A stretch of 52,963 bases of DNA from Bacteriovoracaceae bacterium. Lineage in GTDB: Bacteria; Bdellovibrionota; Bacteriovoracia; Bacteriovoracales; Bacteriovoracaceae. The stretch covers positions 1 through 52,963 of the forward strand of contig JBFGZE010000014.1 of assembly GCA_041586955.1 (NCBI GenBank), in the 5' to 3' direction. The translations under genes were made by a program, and so were the position numbers. This document shows, piece by piece, positions 51,501 through 52,963 of the stretch (positions are counted from its first letter, which is position 1; each line of letters opens with the position of its first letter). Under the pieces are notes generated by a model. That model was not told where the DNA came from, did not search any database, and saw only the letters and a program-made list of their open reading frames with translations.

Positions 51501-52963
51501 TGGCGGTAATGGTTGTTGTATTATGAGGTGTAGTCTCTGACCAAGCTGGAACAGTAGGGCCAGCAGGAGCAGTTACGTCAATCGCCATAATTGGTGAACA
51601 GGCCGAATCGGTGTCATTTCCAGCAGTATCAGTAGTTCTTACAAGGTAGTAATAAGAATTTCCATCAATTCCTGTAAAAGAATTTGATGTGGCAGCAGCG
51701 CCAATTGTATTGGAAGTTCCCTCTGCGGCGGTACAAGAGGCATCAGTATAATAAATAATTGTTTGTGAAGCTTTGTCCCCAGAAGCCGAAACCGTCCAGC
51801 TTGAAGTCGCTACAGTATTGTCATGAGGTGAAACTTCCACCCAGCCAAGGCCTGATGCCGCGAGAGGCGCAGAAGTATCAATATTCATAACGGAAGAACA
51901 GGCAGAGGGAGTTGAGTTTCCAGCATTATCGTTTGTCGTAACAATATAATAATAGCTTGAGCCATTTGTTCCGGTGAAAGCATGAGTGACAACCGCAGCA
52001 CCAAGACCGGTGGCGGAAGTTCCTTCAGCAACGGTACAAGCAGCATCTGTATAATAGACAATGTCTTGATCGGCGACATCACCCGCAGTTGAAGCGGTCC
52101 AATTGGCATTTACTCCAGTAGCATTGTAAGGGGTCGATTCGGCCCAGCCAAGGGAAGTGGCCGCTGTTGGAGCAGCGGTGTCAATTAACATGCCAGCAGA
52201 ACAAGCTGACGTCGTTTCGTTTGAAGCATTGTCAATCGCAGTTGTTGTGAAATAATAAGTATTGCCATTCGCTCCAGTAAAGGAATCGGTAGTAGTGACA
52301 GTTGATACTGAGCTTGTTGTTCCCGTTGTCACGGTACAAATAGCATCTGTATAATATTCAACTCTTTGACTGGCGATATCGGGAGAAGTTGATACCGTCC
52401 AAGTTGATGTTACAGTGGCATTATTTGATGGAGTCGCTTCAACCCAAGATGGTGCTGTCGGCGCTAGTGGCGATGAGGTATCGATGGCCATAAGGGCAGA
52501 ACAAGCAGAAACGGTATTATTACCAGCAGTATCTGTTGTGGTAATTTCATAATAATAATTATTGCCATCAATTCCTGTGAATGTATCGGTCACAGCGGCA
52601 GCACCAAGAGCATTTGAAGTTCCCTCAGCAGTGGCACAGGTGGCATCAATATAATAATCAATGTTTTGACTGGCGATATCAGTTGACGTTGATAATGTCC
52701 AAGCTGCAGTGACACCAGTAGCATTATGAGGAGATGTTTCTGACCAACCAAGAGATGTCGCCGCGTTAGGAGCTGAGGTGTCGATACTCATGATAGCAGA
52801 ACAAGCAGAGTTTGTTGAGTTGTTGGCATTATCAATAGTCGTAATGACGTAATAATAATCGGTAGCATCTGCACCGGTAAAGGCGTGAGTGGCAGTTGCT
52901 GGAAGAAGGCCTGGCGCTGATGTTCCTTCGGCCGTCGTACAAGTGGGGTTGGTATAATAAGTA
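42589..52963 (-). CDS. Giant repetitive surface protein / adhesin (5' end outside the window)
   Basis: Frame stays open to the window edge; ~29 Ig/FN3-like ~100-aa domains (IDTxAP...W...W...DxASQ...YY.DA.C...Y.Y...D.A.N...SACS) plus three C-terminal C1q/TNF-like domains. Confidence 0.9.
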   Translation of the reverse strand, partial: TYYTNPTCTTAEGTSAPGLLPATATHAFTGADATDYYYVITTIDNANNSTNSACSAIMSIDTSAPNAATSLGWSETSPHNATGVTAAWTLSTSTDIASQNIDYYIDATCATAEGTSNALGAAAVTDTFTGIDGNNYYYEITTTDTAGNNTVSACSALMAIDTSSPLAPTAPSWVEATPSNNATVTSTWTVSTSPDIASQRVEYYTDAICTVTTGTTSSVSTVTTTDSFTGANGNTYYFTTTAIDNASNETTSACSAGMLIDTAAPTAATSLGWAESTPYNATGVNANWTASTAGDVADQDIVYYTDAACTVAEGTSATGLGAAVVTHAFTGTNGSSYYYIVTTNDNAGNSTPSACSSVMNIDTSAPLAASGLGWVEVSPHDNTVATSSWTVSASGDKASQTIIYYTDASCTAAEGTSNTIGAAATSNSFTGIDGNSYYYLVRTTDTAGNDTDSACSPIMAIDVTAPAGPTVPAWSETTPHNTTTITATWTVSGAGDVVNQRIDYYTDATCSTAQGTSNTIGSAPTSDSFTGSDANSYYFTVTAIDAASNEGTSACSAAMLIDTTPPNAATAAVWAEGSSSLNTNVNANWTVSTSTDVASQTITYYTDATCSTAEGTSASGLGDAVATHAFTGASNSTYYYEITTIDDAGNSTDSACSASMFIDATPPAAATALGWLEVSPHNATAVNASWTISVSADLGSQTIVYYTDAACTAPEGTSQALSAATNSHSFSGNNGADYYYLITSTDNAGNNTNSACSAIMSIDTVFPAAATGIGWTEVTPHNAVSVNAAWTVSGAGDVASQTITYYTNPTCTAAEGTSATGLLPATATHAFTGTNASDFYYIITTIDTADNATNSACSSIMSIDTTAPNAATALGWSETSPHKTTTVTASWTLSNSTDIASQNIDYYTDASCTTAEGTSNALSAAAVSDSFTTGTDGNSYYYEVTTTDTAGNATVSACSAIMTIDTTAPAAPTVPAWVESSPSSSATVTASWTVSGSPDIGSQRVDYFTDAACTVAEGTSNAKSSVATTDSFTGADGNTYYFKVTAIDNATNETASACSAAILLDTTAPNAATALVWAETTPHNATGINTNWTVSTSGDVATQDIVYYTDAGCTTAEGTSATGLGPAVASHAFTGTNGSNYYYKITTYDNASNSTVSSCSAVMTIDTSPPLAATAPVWVEVSPHDNTAVTSSWAVSGSGDVASQTIIYYTDASCTAAEGTSNTIGAAATTNPFTGADNNSYYYLVRTTDTADNVTDSACSTIMGIDTTAPAAPTVPAWSESTPHNTTTITATWTVSGAGDVVNQRIDYYTDATCSTAEGTSNTIGSAPTSDSFTGSNGNSYYFTVTAIDAASNEGTSTCSSVILIDTTAPNAATVLGWAEGSSSNAVNVNANWTVSTSTDVASQTITYYTDATCTTVEGTSTSGLGDTVAANAFTGVSNNTYYYEIDTIDDAGNITTSACSSSMFIDATPPANATALGWSEVSPHDATAVTAAWTPSVSADLADQTITYYTDASCTTPQGTSAVVSAATATHSFTGSNGASFYYTIASRDTATNVSTSGCSAAMAIDTTFPAAPTTLGWSEASPHDGLVVTSTWTISGAGDIASQTVTYYTNPTCTTLQGTTDTGILPATATNSFTGSNGNDYYFTVTAIDTADNATSSACSPIMSIDTSAPAAATALGWSETSPHDNVNVTASWTVSAAADLDTQTIIYYTDASCTTVEGTSQAGLPPGTNTHNFAGLDANDYYYTITSYDTADNDTTSACSALMKIDTSAPLAPTAPAWVEATPSNNATVTATWTVSTSPDIASQRIDYYTDVLCSVTAGTSNSVAAVATTDSFTGANGNSYYFTSTAIDNADNETTSACSAIMSIDTAAPSAATALSWAETSPHNATGVNANWTVSTSGDIASQDIIYYIDAACTVVEGTSATGLGTGVATHAFTGTNGSSYYFHIVTYDTANNSTTSACSSVMNIDTAAPLAATAISWVEVSPHDNTAVTSSWSVSGSGDVASQTVIYYTDASCTAAEGTSNTIGAAATTNNFTGIDGNSFYYLVKTTDTAGNFTNSACSPVMAIDVTAPNAPTAPVWTQASPHNNTAVTSTWTLGGSGDVASHRVDYYDDGTCAGVVASSGTVGAAATSDNFTGTNALTHSYKVYAIDSAGNETGSACSNALLIDTTAPLSSTAMIWAEGATSNSSPINPNWTASTSGDVASQEINIYQSNACGGAPVDTATGLADNANSYSFAGGVSNNDYTYKITTIDDAGNSTVSGCSASIFIDVNPPALPTNLSWQESDPFSGASVTADWDKSTDADLASQSIQFYSDGTCTTTFGSSIALAAATETQSLAGVTNTNTYSYKITSFDGASNSSVSGCSGTITIDTDAPTAATGISWAEGAYDTDLSINANWTSSASGDVASETIKIWEDDAICGGAATATVVLAAGTGTYNYTSGANTKKYSFIITTTDNAGNTSDTACSAQIELDLTAPTAANTLVWAEGTATSATTINANWTLGGSPDVASQSIQFHDNGTCSSATGGPVALGAAATSQSLASVTNGNTYSYIVTTTDNAGNVTASACSGTIDVDTVAPNAATAIAWFESTPYNSNTVTSTWSVSTSTDISSQRVEYFTNATCSGAPASSSAKSAVATNDSFAGADGTTYYFMVVSIDGAANETDSACSAAMLIDTSAPAAVTGLGWAETSPYNATTINSTWTLSVDTDVASQDITYYTDAACSVSTGTTNSLGNAATTDAFTTAAHANTYYHKIIITDDAGNTTTSACSGGMNIDLVNPDPVTSETLAANWATGATPIAAPLFSWTNPGTTFDHVEVALGTTVGGNEISGWTNVATGTSHTFTGITPASECSTLYPSARTHDAAGNISTVVTEGTGFKWDNTAPAQPTGVVLASPSDATTITSITTDWDAMTDNCTLDHYEIAISTTTSDANIITGGGWTDVGNVTSANMSGLNLLLDTNYYTLVKTVDAAGLESAYTASAAWSISSPPFIVAIGSQTTASGADRFNFNLSAGDEISFSDYSRLDGGYFSHSTSTNAHQITVKVTGEYLISLNSPLESPSVGGGAQANIGMDVFVNGALQSEFRTNTAYIRNADNQRQSSNSITGILNLTANDVITVKTKLTAVAGLIVSNGANIYMEYIKPSRSIFKATGTRTVGGTDFNTAATSPMEWTDTIKDADFTHDNATNPENITLVNAGTYYVSVNVPFYTNTGCGANKRGGVRLRAQLDGGDVTSAIGANGYSRCANGSEQGSTTFTGLITAAAGQVLTIDVSGSTNDNSQGLLIMVDNDDAVTREAQIIIEKIDTTSDTLVLTSPGPADWTATDNVGWDTQSTIDNTVYSHNTGVNNHQITVLKDGDYLLNYSSHVTRVSTTDRANHVVKVLVNGAPVSGGECSSNFMRGSVSGDLHLESSCNMQISLDGLSVNDVITLTTEDETEIVTTTVTSSDPAQLMIIKKQ
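46750..52963 (-). repeat. Intragenic higher-order repeat, period ~2.41 kb (8 domains)
   Basis: Near-identical DNA at 48977-49147 vs 51389-51559 (offset 2412) and at 50471 vs 52880 (offset 2409). Confidence 0.85.

Noticed and set aside
42599..52109. Many short alternative-frame ORFs inside the giant gene
   Set aside because: Shadow ORFs from repetitive, biased codon usage; no motifs or RBS support
44000..52963. Periodic repeats as a CRISPR array or DGR template/variable repeat
   Set aside because: Repeats are in-frame coding domains differing largely at synonymous sites; no spacers, cas genes, reverse transcriptase or adenine-specific variation

Overview
Bacterial chromosomal window, probably from a predatory Bdellovibrionota (Bacteriovoracia-like) organism; this is inferred from gene style only (many lipoproteins, degenerate HD-GYP and atypical response regulators, a giant Cys-rich surface protein). 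From 1 to ~10 kb lie scattered metabolic, regulatory and secreted genes, including a lipoprotein with a PD-(D/E)XK nuclease motif. From ~10.3 to 30.7 kb is an apparently more AT-rich accessory, stress-related region. It carries an orphan double solute-binding protein, mscS-corA-DUF748-lapA, terC-htpX-terB, a TPR protein fused to a methylpurine-DNA-glycosylase-like domain, and a TetR-controlled ccdA/thioredoxin-peroxiredoxin/DoxX operon with two visible operators. It ends in an IS3-like remnant beside the 3' end of tRNA-Asp(GTC). From 30.8 to 42.4 kb are core-type genes (trmO, def, LMW-PTP, greB, nusB, FKBP, an outer-membrane barrel protein). From 42.6 kb to the window end is the 3' part (>3450 aa) of a giant repeat protein. 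It has ~100-aa domains in an 8-domain super-repeat and ends in three tandem C1q/TNF-like domains. No CRISPR array, rRNA or intact integrase was seen. All family calls come from motif recognition by eye, not database searches.
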